Notes under the pieces: model-generated | Database searches by the model: none | What the model saw: the letters and a program-made list of their open reading frames with translations, nothing else | Told to the model about the DNA's origin: nothing | Program-made: the position numbers and the translations under genes | Origin: the human T2T-CHM13v2.0 reference genome, Homo sapiens | Strand: one strand, 5' to 3' | Length of the DNA stretch: 64,000 nt | Assembly: GCF_009914755.1 (NCBI RefSeq) | Contig: NC_060926.1 | Part shown: positions 53,224 to 64,000 of the stretch, piece by piece | How positions within the stretch are numbered: the stretch's first letter is position 1 | Layout: each line of letters opens with the position of its first letter

Positions 53224-55380
53224 CCAATTATACAAAAGCATGCAAAACGTGCTCTGGTGTTCAGTTTCACTGTCATAAAGGCTGAACTATTTAACTTACC
53301 ATTGTAGGAGAGATTCAGTCTGCTACTATTGATGTATTGCCTTTGAGGCAGCAAATATCTTCACACACTCTTTTACCTCTGCCTAAAATTTGTTCCCTGC
53401 CCCTCTTATTAAGATTTAACACAAATGTTAGGTCTTCTAACAAGTCTTCCCTGAACTGCAGTTCTCTTTCTCAAGAGAACCGGGCCTAGACTGGACTCTG
53501 CTATTTCAAATACTTATTTGCATATCTGCCTCACTGCTAAACAGACAGTTCTATAAGGAGTACATTCTTTAACTTGGAGTTTCCTTCTCAAACTAAGCAG
53601 TACCTGGTAAGTAGCAGGTGCTACTTGCAAATTTAAAAACAAAACAAAACGTGTTTCAATTAATCAACACTAGCTATTGAAGAGCTATCATGAACCGTAA
53701 TAAATGTTATGAACTTACCATTTGTATTTGGGCCATAAAGTGTATATATCTATTATCTCTTGAAATGACACCTAAGCATATAAGAGTACAAAGCAATAAC
53801 TGTCATCTATAAAATGCCTAAAACCAACAAGAAGAATAATAAGCTATATAAGAATCTAAGAGATGGTCTGCTGGGGAGAGCAGAGGCTGTTTCAAGGAAA
53901 GGAGAAGATTTTAGCTAAACCATAAGTATAATTAGAAACTGAGGAGGTAGCCAAAGGGTGTGGAAAGATTTTTCAGAGAACAGCAAAAGCAAAGAGCAAT
54001 GGAAGCAAGATCATTGATCCTGGGATAATCAGTACACAAATGTGGCTGGGTCTAAAGCTCCCTCAAGGAGAGGGGATTCCTTACATTCCAGAAGAGTGGT
54101 TAAGACCAAGCACCTTTAAAAAAGGCTGTGGAAATTATGAAAAGGTTTTAAATCATGCACCACAAGGTTCTGGTGTACAGAGCTAGAATTGGTTTAATAT
54201 TTACTATTAGCTATTACTTTCCCCTCAGAACATTGTAAAAAACAACAATACATAAGAGTTATAACAAAGTAAAATATGAAATGGCAAACTCTTTCTCAAA
54301 TCCACTATTTTCCCTCATAAGACTATATTTAGTAAACATTTCAGACAATACAGAAATGTAATAAAACAGTATATTTTAGGAAAAGGTAAATTTAGTTGAC
54401 ATCTCATTTGCCCTGAACTACTAGCTCCAGACTTTCAATCTCATTTTTAAAATATTTTCATTGATATGATAAAAATGCTTAAAACACACACATTACTATT
54501 TATATAAAAGCGAATTGAGCTATTGACAGAGATTTGAAGATATCTTCGTGGTTCAAGAAAATTACAGAAGGAGGCTCTTAGATTTTGTATTATTAATATA
54601 TAAGTATGATAGCCAAGAAAATATATTTTCTAGAATAAAAAGAATAGGCTATTGATATACTTGATCTAAAATAGTCATTATGAGTACTTCACAGCAAGTT
54701 TTAGGAAACAGGTAAAGTTTAAAAGAAATCATTGAGAGAAAAAAGCGTGGGAGGCTGTAAATTTAATTTAATGAGAGGTCAAGACATGTAACTTCACATA
54801 AAAGACTAATTCTGGGGAGAAACATTAAATAAACATTATGTGGGAGTCAACTACTACAGTGAATGAAGACTGGATTTGGAGAACGGTAAGGAACACAGGT
54901 GGAGGTTTGATAAATGGAATAAATATAAAACCCTAATGTTTAACCACGAAATCAGTGATCTGAGAGGCTGATACACACTATGACAGACATGAAAAGCATA
55001 AATGAAATAGCATAAAAAGCCATATACCAAATTAACAAAATATTATGATTCAGGATCAAAAATAGCTAGTCTATAGCTAGGAATAAGAAAAATAAAAGGA
55101 AGGGAACTTGGCTTTAATAACATGATATTAAACCAACTGTTAGGAGTGAAGACAATAGAAAATGGAAAGAATAATTCTATACTCTTGCCTCTCAAGAGCA
55201 TTGAGGATTAATAAGAAGATAATACATACTTGCTCGATACAAAAGGAAGGTGATGAAGCTTCAATGGAACAATATTTTTATAAATTAAAAAATTTGGTTT
55301 TTTTGAACATGAAAAACTCTAAGCTTGGAATTTTCCATACTAGAGCTCTAGCAAAACAGTGTTGCTGCTATTTCAGGGGC

Positions 55381-55795
55381 TGACATAGTTTGGGTGTTTA
55401 TCCCCTTCAAATCTTATGTCGAAATTTAATCTCCAGTGTTGGAGGTGGGCCTGGTGGGAGGTATTTGGGTCATGGGGGTGGATCCCTCATGAAAGACTTG
55501 GTGCCATCCTTGTGGTAATGAGTGTACTCTCTCTCTAATAGTTCCCTTGAGCACTGATTTTTAAAAAGAGCCTGGCACCCTCTCCTCTCTCTCTTCCTTC
55601 GTCTCTTGCCATGGGATGACTGCTCCCCTTCACCTTCCACCATAAGTGGAAGCTTCTTGAAGCCCTCATCAGAAACAGATGCTGGCACCATGCTTCTTGT
55701 ACACCCTGCAGAACCATAAGCCAAATAAACCTTTTTTCCTTGTAAATTACCCAGCCTCAGGTATTCCTTTATAGCAATGCAAACGTACTTAGATA
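55381..55795 (+). mobile_element. MSTB solo LTR
   Basis: Starts TGACATAGTTTGGGTGTTTATCCCC; TSD GGGGC at 55376-55380 and 55796-55800. Confidence 0.9.
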
Positions 55796-56128
55796 GGGGC
55801 TTACAATTCTGTTTTAAAAAAATAATCACAGATCAGAATGCTCCCTTAACTATAGTAGTTAGTATCCTTGTTTTCGTTTCTTTTTAGCTCTACCGAGAAT
55901 ATATACTGCCTCATTCTTCTGAATATTGATTGTCTTACATCTCTTAGAGTCATTAATTCAAGCCCTAGCCTCATCTATAATAGAGAGGCATATATAGAAC
56001 ATATAATAACAGTATGTGATGCATGAATTTATATACCATTTACCATATTCTAAGCACTACACTAAACATGTTAAATGTTAGCATCTCACATGTGTTCAAT
56101 ACAATACTTTCTGTGACTTTAATGTGCT

Positions 56129-56715
56129 TGTCGTATTTATCAATTTATTGCCACTCAGCTCCAAATCTATTCTTAATTCCTTGTTCTGCAAAATTAGAGC
56201 TGAACCATTTAAATATTTTTGTCTTTCCACAGTGGCACAAGGTTAAGCTTTGCTAGCAGACACTGTTTGTAGGGACACTGAAGGAGGAAGGAGTGTTTCT
56301 CTCCTGGGTCTGGTGTTGTCCTCTGGTCGGGCACCTGCCCCGAGGGCATCTTTTCCAGCTCTGCCTCCTAGGACACATAGCAGCTAGCAGCCCTGGTGGC
56401 CAAAAATTTTCCCCAACACCCCATCAGATAACTTCATAGCCAGGTGTTACTGACAAATCATCTCCCTATGGATAGCGCCCCTTGACATCTTCTTGAGCCA
56501 CCTTGCAGCAAGCTAATTCTACTGGGTTTTCCATGGGTGGTCTAGCTCAGCCCTAAGGAGATGGCTGCTCCTCATTAACTGCCACTGCTGCCTCGTTACT
56601 GCTTACCAGCTAATCCTCTGTCACCCCCAGTCCCCTATAGAAGATAATTCTTTATATTAAACTTACTTTGTTCAAATAACTGCGGGGTTTCTGTCTCCTG
56701 CTTGGAGCCTGACAG
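56129..56715 (+). mobile_element. LTR41/LTR33-group ERVL LTR
   Basis: aatttattgccactcagctccaaat...; 3' end attaaacttactttgttcaaataactgcggggtttctgtctcctg. Confidence 0.6.
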
Positions 56716-56721
56716 GCACAG

Positions 56722-56724
<3 letters not shown>

Positions 56725-56761
<37 letters not shown>

Positions 56762-56863
56762 AGACGGAGTCTTGCTGTCGCCCAGGAGGGAGTGCAGTGG
56801 CGCGATCGCGGCTCACTGCAGGCTCCGCCCCCCGGGGTTCACGCCATTGTACTGCCTCAGCCT
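56725..56863 (-). mobile_element. 5'-truncated young AluY (Ye/Yf lineage), partial right arm
   Basis: 36-T tail, intact CpGs, caggctccgccccccggggttcacgcc; TSD AGGCACAGT(A/G)C at 56714-56724 and 56864-56874. Confidence 0.9.
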
Positions 56864-57199
56864 AGGCACAGTGCTTTTATAAGGTAGCAATTGGTAAGCC
56901 CATTTTACCCATAGAAAACAAACTAAGACAGTAACTTTCCCAATGTCATATGGCTAATAAATGAAATAATTGAGATTTGAACCTTGTTTTTTTTAACTTC
57001 ATAACTCAAGTATTCAACCATATTTATGACCAGGTATAATTAAAAACAGATACACCTTTATTCTCAGAAGTATCCCAGTTTGTTTGATAAATTATATTAT
57101 TATCCTGGTTATATTACACTATTTCTCATTTTGTTTAAACCCAGTAGTTTTCACAACTTTTTACCTAAAATACTCATCAAAAAATACTCAAAAAAAATA

Positions 57200-57382
57200 C
57201 TCATCATTCTGGAGATTCCAAGAGTCTTATAAACTCTTGTGTCAGGAACCGAGAGCTAAAACCAAATATTACGACAAAAGATACTCCTATCACTGAAGAA
57301 GCTGCAAGGGTTTGGGGAGCTCTCTGTCAGAAACTGAGGATGAAGACCAAATACACATTTCTGATTATACTACAATATCATA
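57200..57382 (-). mobile_element. MER21-group LTR fragment
   Basis: Duplicated caaggg...gagctc...tgtcag.aac...ga..a.accaaata motif typical of MER21 5' ends. Confidence 0.55.
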
Positions 57383-59559
57383 CCTTGTGCTGCAAATGGG
57401 AATGGAGCTCATGTGTGTGTCATGCTCTGTTGTCCAGTTCCTTTAATTCCCCTCTCTCACAGTCTAGGAAGCATATTCCAGGACAAGTGAGAGAGATGTT
57501 AATATGAAGATAACTTTGAATCAACTCTAATGTATTCTAAAGACAGTCTTCTACAAATTTTTGTACTTTGTCTACCATCAGTAATTAATGACTTATGACA
57601 CTTACAGTTGATTGTAACATATGTATTGATAAAACTGGTCATTCTAACCCATTCACAAGGAAAACAACCTCGTTTGTAAGCTAAAGCTTCACAATTGCTT
57701 TACACAGGGAGTTGAGTCCAATCTCCCTCCTCCACCGCAAGACCCCATTCCAGTGATCCCTTTACCTATCACTATGGCCCCCACAAGATTAAAGTTTGCC
57801 TTACCATCTTTAAAAAAATTTCTTTACATAACATGCAATTTATTATATATAATATATAAAAATTATCACCATCCAATTAATTTTTTTAGTGTACAGTCAT
57901 TTTCTATTAATATACTTTAAAAGGTTTGATTTATTCCAAGTGACAAGTTGCATCTCAACCAGTACAATTGCTTTGATGCTTTACCACTATCAAAACATCT
58001 TGAATATTAACTTTTTACATGTAAATAGCTCATGTAGAGTTTTCTAGATATCAAAGACACGCATACAATGGTACATCTCACTGAGAATATCCTATACTAA
58101 ATGAAAAGTAAATTAAAAGTTAAAAATTTGGGGACCTGCTTCAGGAAAGAAAAGAAAAATTGTTAGGGATCTTGACTTTATATCTTCAGATAAACTACTA
58201 ATTTTTTCCCCAATAGGACAGAAATAAAGCTTCCTTATTAATATGCTGAGAGTTTCCAAAGCTTTCCTAGGGTTATAAAATGCAGTTTATTCTAGCTTTT
58301 ACATCTGATGACAAGGATTTAAGCAAGGAGTTATAGTTCTCTTCCACAAAGTTTTGAAACCAAAAGACCCAGGAGAGCAATTGAATGTTTGGTAATTTGG
58401 GAATGAGACATTGTGGCATGGTAGAGGCACAATAACCAAATAACAATACATTTGCTGAGGAGACAGATGCATAATATTCCTTCATGCAAGCATTGTCTGC
58501 AGTTACCCAACATACTTACATCAATATTATATAACCTAAGCATCTAAAATGTGCAAGGCATTCCTAATCTGAGACTCCCATTTAGAGTTAGGAATACCAT
58601 GTTGAGAATCCAGCTTGGTTACCTTAAGGATTGTGTAGCCCACATGTTTGATTGGGAACAAAAAGACTTACACTAGGCCTTGATTCACCCAGCATCTATC
58701 CTAGGGCTAACAGCTGTGACCTGTCACTCTTCTGAGGTTTTGCCATCGGCTTCTCCATGGAGCTTTGGCTTGCATGAGCCACAGCATCAGCTTGTGACAT
58801 ACTAGTGGGGCCTGCCTCCCTTAAGATATTTAATATCTATCACAGAGGCATCAAGTGCCAGACAGCCAAAGAATACTAATGAGTGCTGTAAAAGCAGGTT
58901 TAGGAAAGATTACAGAAATTGTTTGCAGAAGGCTTAAAGTGGATATTGTCCTAACTGCTCACATGGGTCTCATTTGACTGCTTCCAGAAATAAGACATTA
59001 TTCATATGATTATTTGATATCATTTGGCAATTTGGATTCTCTCCAGATATTGTAGACATTCCAGATAGTCCAGATATTCCCTACTCTCTTCTAGAATCAC
59101 AAAACAGTTGGTAGGATTGGCTATATCTTGAATGCTTATCAGGGCATCTCTAGTTCTCAAGGTCCAGTTCTCAACTGAAATATGTATTTGAAAAATATTT
59201 TGCATGTTTCTCCTTAGTGAATATTTGTGCTGGTTACAATATAAAGAGTCTACCTATATGATTATGAAACCACATTTTAGTAATATGTTTTCAAACAAAG
59301 GGTCATTATATGCCCTTAATAAAAATAAGTATGTATATAGTGAAAATATATGTTTCTCTTATATTTGTTTCTGGTAGAATGTTTGTTCATAAATATCTTT
59401 GCATATTTACAGCCACAAATTGCAATAAAAAAATAAGAGAAAATAGGCAAGCCATGCTATAGATTGTATAGAAAATGATAAATTTAAAATCATACAAGAG
59501 CTACTGAATTTTTTCAAGGAAGTGGAAAGGTATGATAATAAAACTTTAGCTTCATTTAA

Positions 59560-59849
59560 TTTTTTTTTCCAGAGTCTCGTTCTGTCATCTAAGCTGGAGT
59601 GCGGTGGCACGATCTTGGCTCACTGCAACCTCCACCTCCCAGGTTCCCAAGCAATTTCCTGCCTCAGCCTTCTGAGTAGCTGGGACTACAGATGCCCACC
59701 ACCACGCCTGGCTAATTTTTTGTATTTTTAGTAGAGATGGGGTTTTGCCATGTTGGCCAGGCTGGATTTGAACCCCTAACCTCAAGCTATCCACCCACCT
59801 CAGCCTCCCAAAGTGCTGGGATTACAGGCATGAGCCACTGCACATGGCC
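59560..59849 (-). mobile_element. AluS
   Basis: Full antisense dimer with a degenerate TSD cattt.attt. Confidence 0.95.
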
Positions 59850-61079
59850 TGCATTTGATTTTTGACAAAGCTTTAAGCCTTTTGTTTCTTTGTAAATTAA
59901 TGGATACTTTCCTGATTGCAGAAAAACTCAGACTAGGGAAACTAGTGTGTGTCCTTCTCTTCGGCCACACTTTTACTGAGGTAACAAGAGGGTAATCTCC
60001 AGACCATTTTTGGCCCCTTGGCCTGGTGCTCAGGCAGTAGTAGATTTTGCCTGCTGACTTCAGTATCAAGGCCATTCCCGGATGCTCCAAGCCTTTTTGC
60101 TAGTAGTTGGGTACAAGGAAGGGATAAAGAAAAAAAAATTAAAATGCATAATATTAATAGCTCTGAGGTGTGGCTACTTAAGCTGTTGAAAAGGCCGAAA
60201 AGGGCAACAAGCATTTGTGAAGTAATTAAAAAAAAACTTTCAGTAATTACTGGTCCCACTGCTTTGACTGTAACAAGCAAAATATTCTGCATTCCATTAT
60301 ACATCTTGTGATTCATCTCATCTCCCATCAGACAGAGATTAATACTGCAATACGAAGAAGGAAAATGTGATTACACCAGATTTTATTGTAATACCATTAT
60401 CGATTTGTTGCCATAATAATGTAGGATGCACATTGCCTTACTTCAGTAAGTTTTTATTTTTCTACATTTCCCCCTAGAGATTTGAGAGCTTATATGCTAC
60501 AAAATTGCAACCTTGATTCTGCATTTGAAAAACCTATCCATTGTTCTAAAGTTACCTTTAATCTGACTATACAGATAGTCATAAACTATCATGATAATAG
60601 AATTATACTTCTAGTACTATAAATTTTTCATCACTGGGCTCCTGTCTCAAGCACACCTTAATATTTAAGGTATATCAAGATACACTGAAATTTTTTTTCT
60701 CCATCTTAGTCATTTTTATGTGTGCGATGTAATGGATTCTGCAGCATTATAGATTTCAAACAAACGTCCAAAAAGCAATGATGCCAGCCTTCCTCACACT
60801 AACTCGCTTGAAAATATAAAACATTAGCTAGTTAGTCTTATTAAAGCAAAGCAAAAAAGCTTCCAACTTTTTAGAGCTTTCTATTTTTCCATCAATGAGT
60901 GTTATTTAAAATATACATTTTCTTCTCACATTTTTGCTTGTTCCTTTGCCAGTAGTAATATTTTGTTAATACAATCCAACTTTATCATAAATTATTACTT
61001 AATATGTGGATTCAGATGTCTTCTGAAATATTCTACTTTATGTAATAGGAACCTTCATAACACAAATGAGATTCTTTGT

Positions 61080-62480
61080 CCACTCTTCTACTCTCTACCT
61101 TCACTTTCTCCGTAGACCACTTCATCTGTTCTCATGTAGGTAGTGTCTGTTTACATACTACCTACATGGAGATAGTTTCCAAGTTTGTATCTCCAGTTCA
61201 AATCTTTTCTCTGAATTAAACTCCTGTAGTCAGCTCTCCAGTTGACATTAGTTGTCTCAAAGGTGTCTCGAACTTCACACATTCAAAGAGCTTTATTTTA
61301 TTTTATTTTTAAGAGCCAGGGTCTATCTCTGTCACTTAGGCTGGAGTGCAGTGGTGCAATCATAGCTCCCTGCAACCTCAAACTTCTAGGCTCCAGCCAT
61401 CTTCCTACCTCAGCCTCCCAAATAGCTAGGACTACAGGCACACATCACCACATCTGGCTATTTTGTTTCTTTTTAAAGTATAAACCAAGTCTCACTATGT
61501 TATCCAGGCTTGTCTCCAACTCCTGGGCTCAAACAATTCTCCTGCCTTGGCCTCCTGAAATGCTAGGATTACAGGCATGAGCCACCATGCCTGACCCAAA
61601 GGGAAGCTTTTGATTTATCTTCCAACTTGCTCCTCCTCCTCATCCCCATTTCAATTATTGTCATCACTATTCACTCAGCTATCTGTGCCAGAAAGGTAGG
61701 AATTATCCTTGGTTTTTCCCTTCTCCTCATTCTCTGCATCCAATCCATCAGCAAGTTCTGATGGCTTTATCCTCAAAATATATTCTAAATCCATCCACTC
61801 CACTCCATACCCACCCTGGCCTCCCCTGTCCAAGTCATCACCTGGAGCCAATTAACTGCTCTCCCAGTGTCCACCCATGGTGTCCTCCTATACTTTCTTC
61901 ACAGAGCAAAGCATTTTTTTAAACCATATTTAGATCATGTCACATCCCAACTTCACTTAGAATAAAATAGAAAACTCTTGATGTCATATTTAAAATCAGA
62001 TCTAAACTTCTTACTCTGATTTACAAAGCCTGGCTTCTACCCACCTTGAAAATATAATTTCCTGTCATCTCTCCTTTGCTAAAAATGTACCAGCCATCCT
62101 TCATCTCCCACCTCAGGGACTATATGCTCTTTCTCTGCTGTGAACACTGTTTGAATTCCAGGATTCTTTTCGCCCTCCATGCCTCTGTTTAAATATTACC
62201 TCCTTAGAAAGGTTTTCTTCCTGACCACTTCATTTAACTATGGTCCTCAGCCCCCTGAATCACCTCCATTATTTTCTTTTACAACACCTCTGCCCCCGAT
62301 TTCTTTCATAACACTTTTCAAAAATCTGTGATTATTTATCTAATTTATTCACTTTTTAATTAGCTGTCTTTCTCTGGGCTAAAATCTTCTTTAGGGCAGG
62401 GATATTGTCTACTTTGCTTATATTTGCAACCCCAGAGTCCAACAGTGTTAGTCACACAGGAAATGATAAATAAACAAGCA
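61080..62480 (+). mobile_element. L2 LINE 3' region (interrupted by AluJ)
   Basis: catccaatccatcagcaagttctg...tcagatctaaac...agggcagggatattgtct...ataaataaaca. Confidence 0.75.
61293..61596 (-). mobile_element. AluJ
   Basis: J-diagnostic text atcatagctc and ctcctgggctcaa. Confidence 0.92.
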
Positions 62481-62713
62481 GACAGACCAGTGTTACGTGG
62501 ATCATCATTGACCGCAGTCTTGTCTATCACTGCTTATTCACTTCTGTCCCAAGCATTCACTTGACTTCCATTATTCAAAATAAACATTTCAAAGGTATTT
62601 TAAGTTCTATTACGTTATCACCATTGACTTAAATTTAAAAATAATAGAAGTGTGTTCACTAATCTTCCAAATATTTAAATTTGATAGCTTAGTTCTTTTC
62701 TCCATAAACCAAG

Positions 62714-63060
62714 TGTATTAGTTTGTATTCAGTGACAAATGACCATAAAAATTCCAGTGACTTAATATGATAAAAGTTTATTTTTACACTTGTTCCATAT
62801 CCCAGGCACATCAGGAGGGGATTTTGTTCCACATAGTCACTCAGAGATGCAAACGGACGAACAGAGCTCTTACTGCCTTGCAAATGTGCAGTGGGTCGTG
62901 GTGCCTCCTCAGTATCAATGGAAGAGAAAAAATAAATTAGAAATTGCACATACGTTTCCCTTACTCCAGAAATGGCACACCATACTTCTGCTCATTGGCC
63001 AGCACTAGTGACATGATCCTACCTAAGTGCAGGAGCCAGTAAGTGAAGAACTTAGGAAAC
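62714..63060 (-). mobile_element. old MLT1-type MaLR LTR
   Basis: tgtattagttt...ccagtgacttaa...cttctgctcattggccagcactagtgacatg. Confidence 0.6.
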
Positions 63061-64000
63061 GTTCCTCCCTCTGCCACTCCTGCTATACCATCCAAATGAT
63101 ACAGATCACAATCTTAAAATTTCTCAGAATTTCTTGCCTTTGTATCACCTATCAGGAATGTGTATGTGTGTATATTGCTCAGTTAAGTATATGGCACTTA
63201 TTTGTAATGTGATTCAATTTATGAGTATTTTTAATAGAAATGAGCAGTTACTATGCATAACACATGTGGAACAAAACCTTGAAAGATCATATGCTCTGTA
63301 ATGTACTTTGGAAATTAATATAATAAAAGCAATAGTATAACAGTGGGTGGAAAAAATAGAAATAAGAAAAATGACAAATATTATTTATTCAGCCATAAAT
63401 ATAAATACAACCTCAAGTGTAATTTGTCCTTTCAATCTGACAACAACATATATACAGAAACATATAAAAGAAAAAAATTCCAGTGGCTCTCCATTGCTCT
63501 CTAGATCAAAAACTCTTCACTGTAAATGTCAAAGTCTTCCATCAGTTAATACTACCTTGTCTGCAGTACTCTTTCAGAAATGTATCTTTATTTGTGCTAA
63601 AGACTTGGCTGAGCACTAGCAATCACAGTGTGATTATCCTCACAACAGAAGTACCTGTAAATGCTGTAGAAATAGAAGAGAGTTAGAAAACGCTTCATAG
63701 AAGCAGCAACATTTGATCACAGTCTTAAAGAATGATCTGGCAGGAGAGAACAGGGAGTGGGGACTCCAGTACAAATTATTCCACAAAGCTCCAGAAAGGG
63801 ATTTGTGCCCAACTATATTGCATATCAATACAAATCTGATGTACGTATCCTTAGTCAGGTCATGCTTGATGGGGAGCACGCCAAAGAAATCTTGGCAGCC
63901 CACATGAGCGGAAGTTTGTTATGTATAAAAAAAATTGAAGGTATTCTATAAAAGAACATAGCATGTGCAATGTCACAGGAAAATGAAAATTCATGGCAAA

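Noticed and set aside
49406-59849. Oppositely oriented Alus as dsRNA/editing or back-splicing substrates
   Set aside because: The nearest inverted pairs are 7 kb or more apart and none closely brackets exons 2-3.

Overview
Human (primate) genomic DNA: AT-rich, repeat-dense, with no credible protein-coding gene. All supplied ORFs trace to repeats, low-complexity sequence or chance. I recognise the window as the 5' part of the prostate-cancer lncRNA SChLAP1 (2q31.3) on the + strand. Exon 1 (~11628-11965) starts inside a solo LTR12C/ERV9 LTR (10729-11949, ATTT TSD) and is followed by a ~32 kb intron, exon 2 (44069-44163) and a probable cassette exon (44664-44764). The rest is L1, Alu, MaLR/ERV LTRs, MIR/L2/CR1 and DNA-transposon fossils. 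I do not see a new multi-gene system. The best leads are: (i) an eroded, possibly rewired LTR12C promoter; (ii) new splice donors inside the LTR; (iii) a cluster of three Y-tract-CAG|GT dual-specificity/recursive-type splice sites around exons 2-3; (iv) rearrangement scars, including a templated insertion, a twin-primed L1, a MaLR provirus with discordant LTRs and a micro-retrocopy; (v) an RFX/ETS/GATA motif cluster in intronic unique DNA. Repeat subfamily names and consensus comparisons are from memory and need RepeatMasker/Dfam confirmation.
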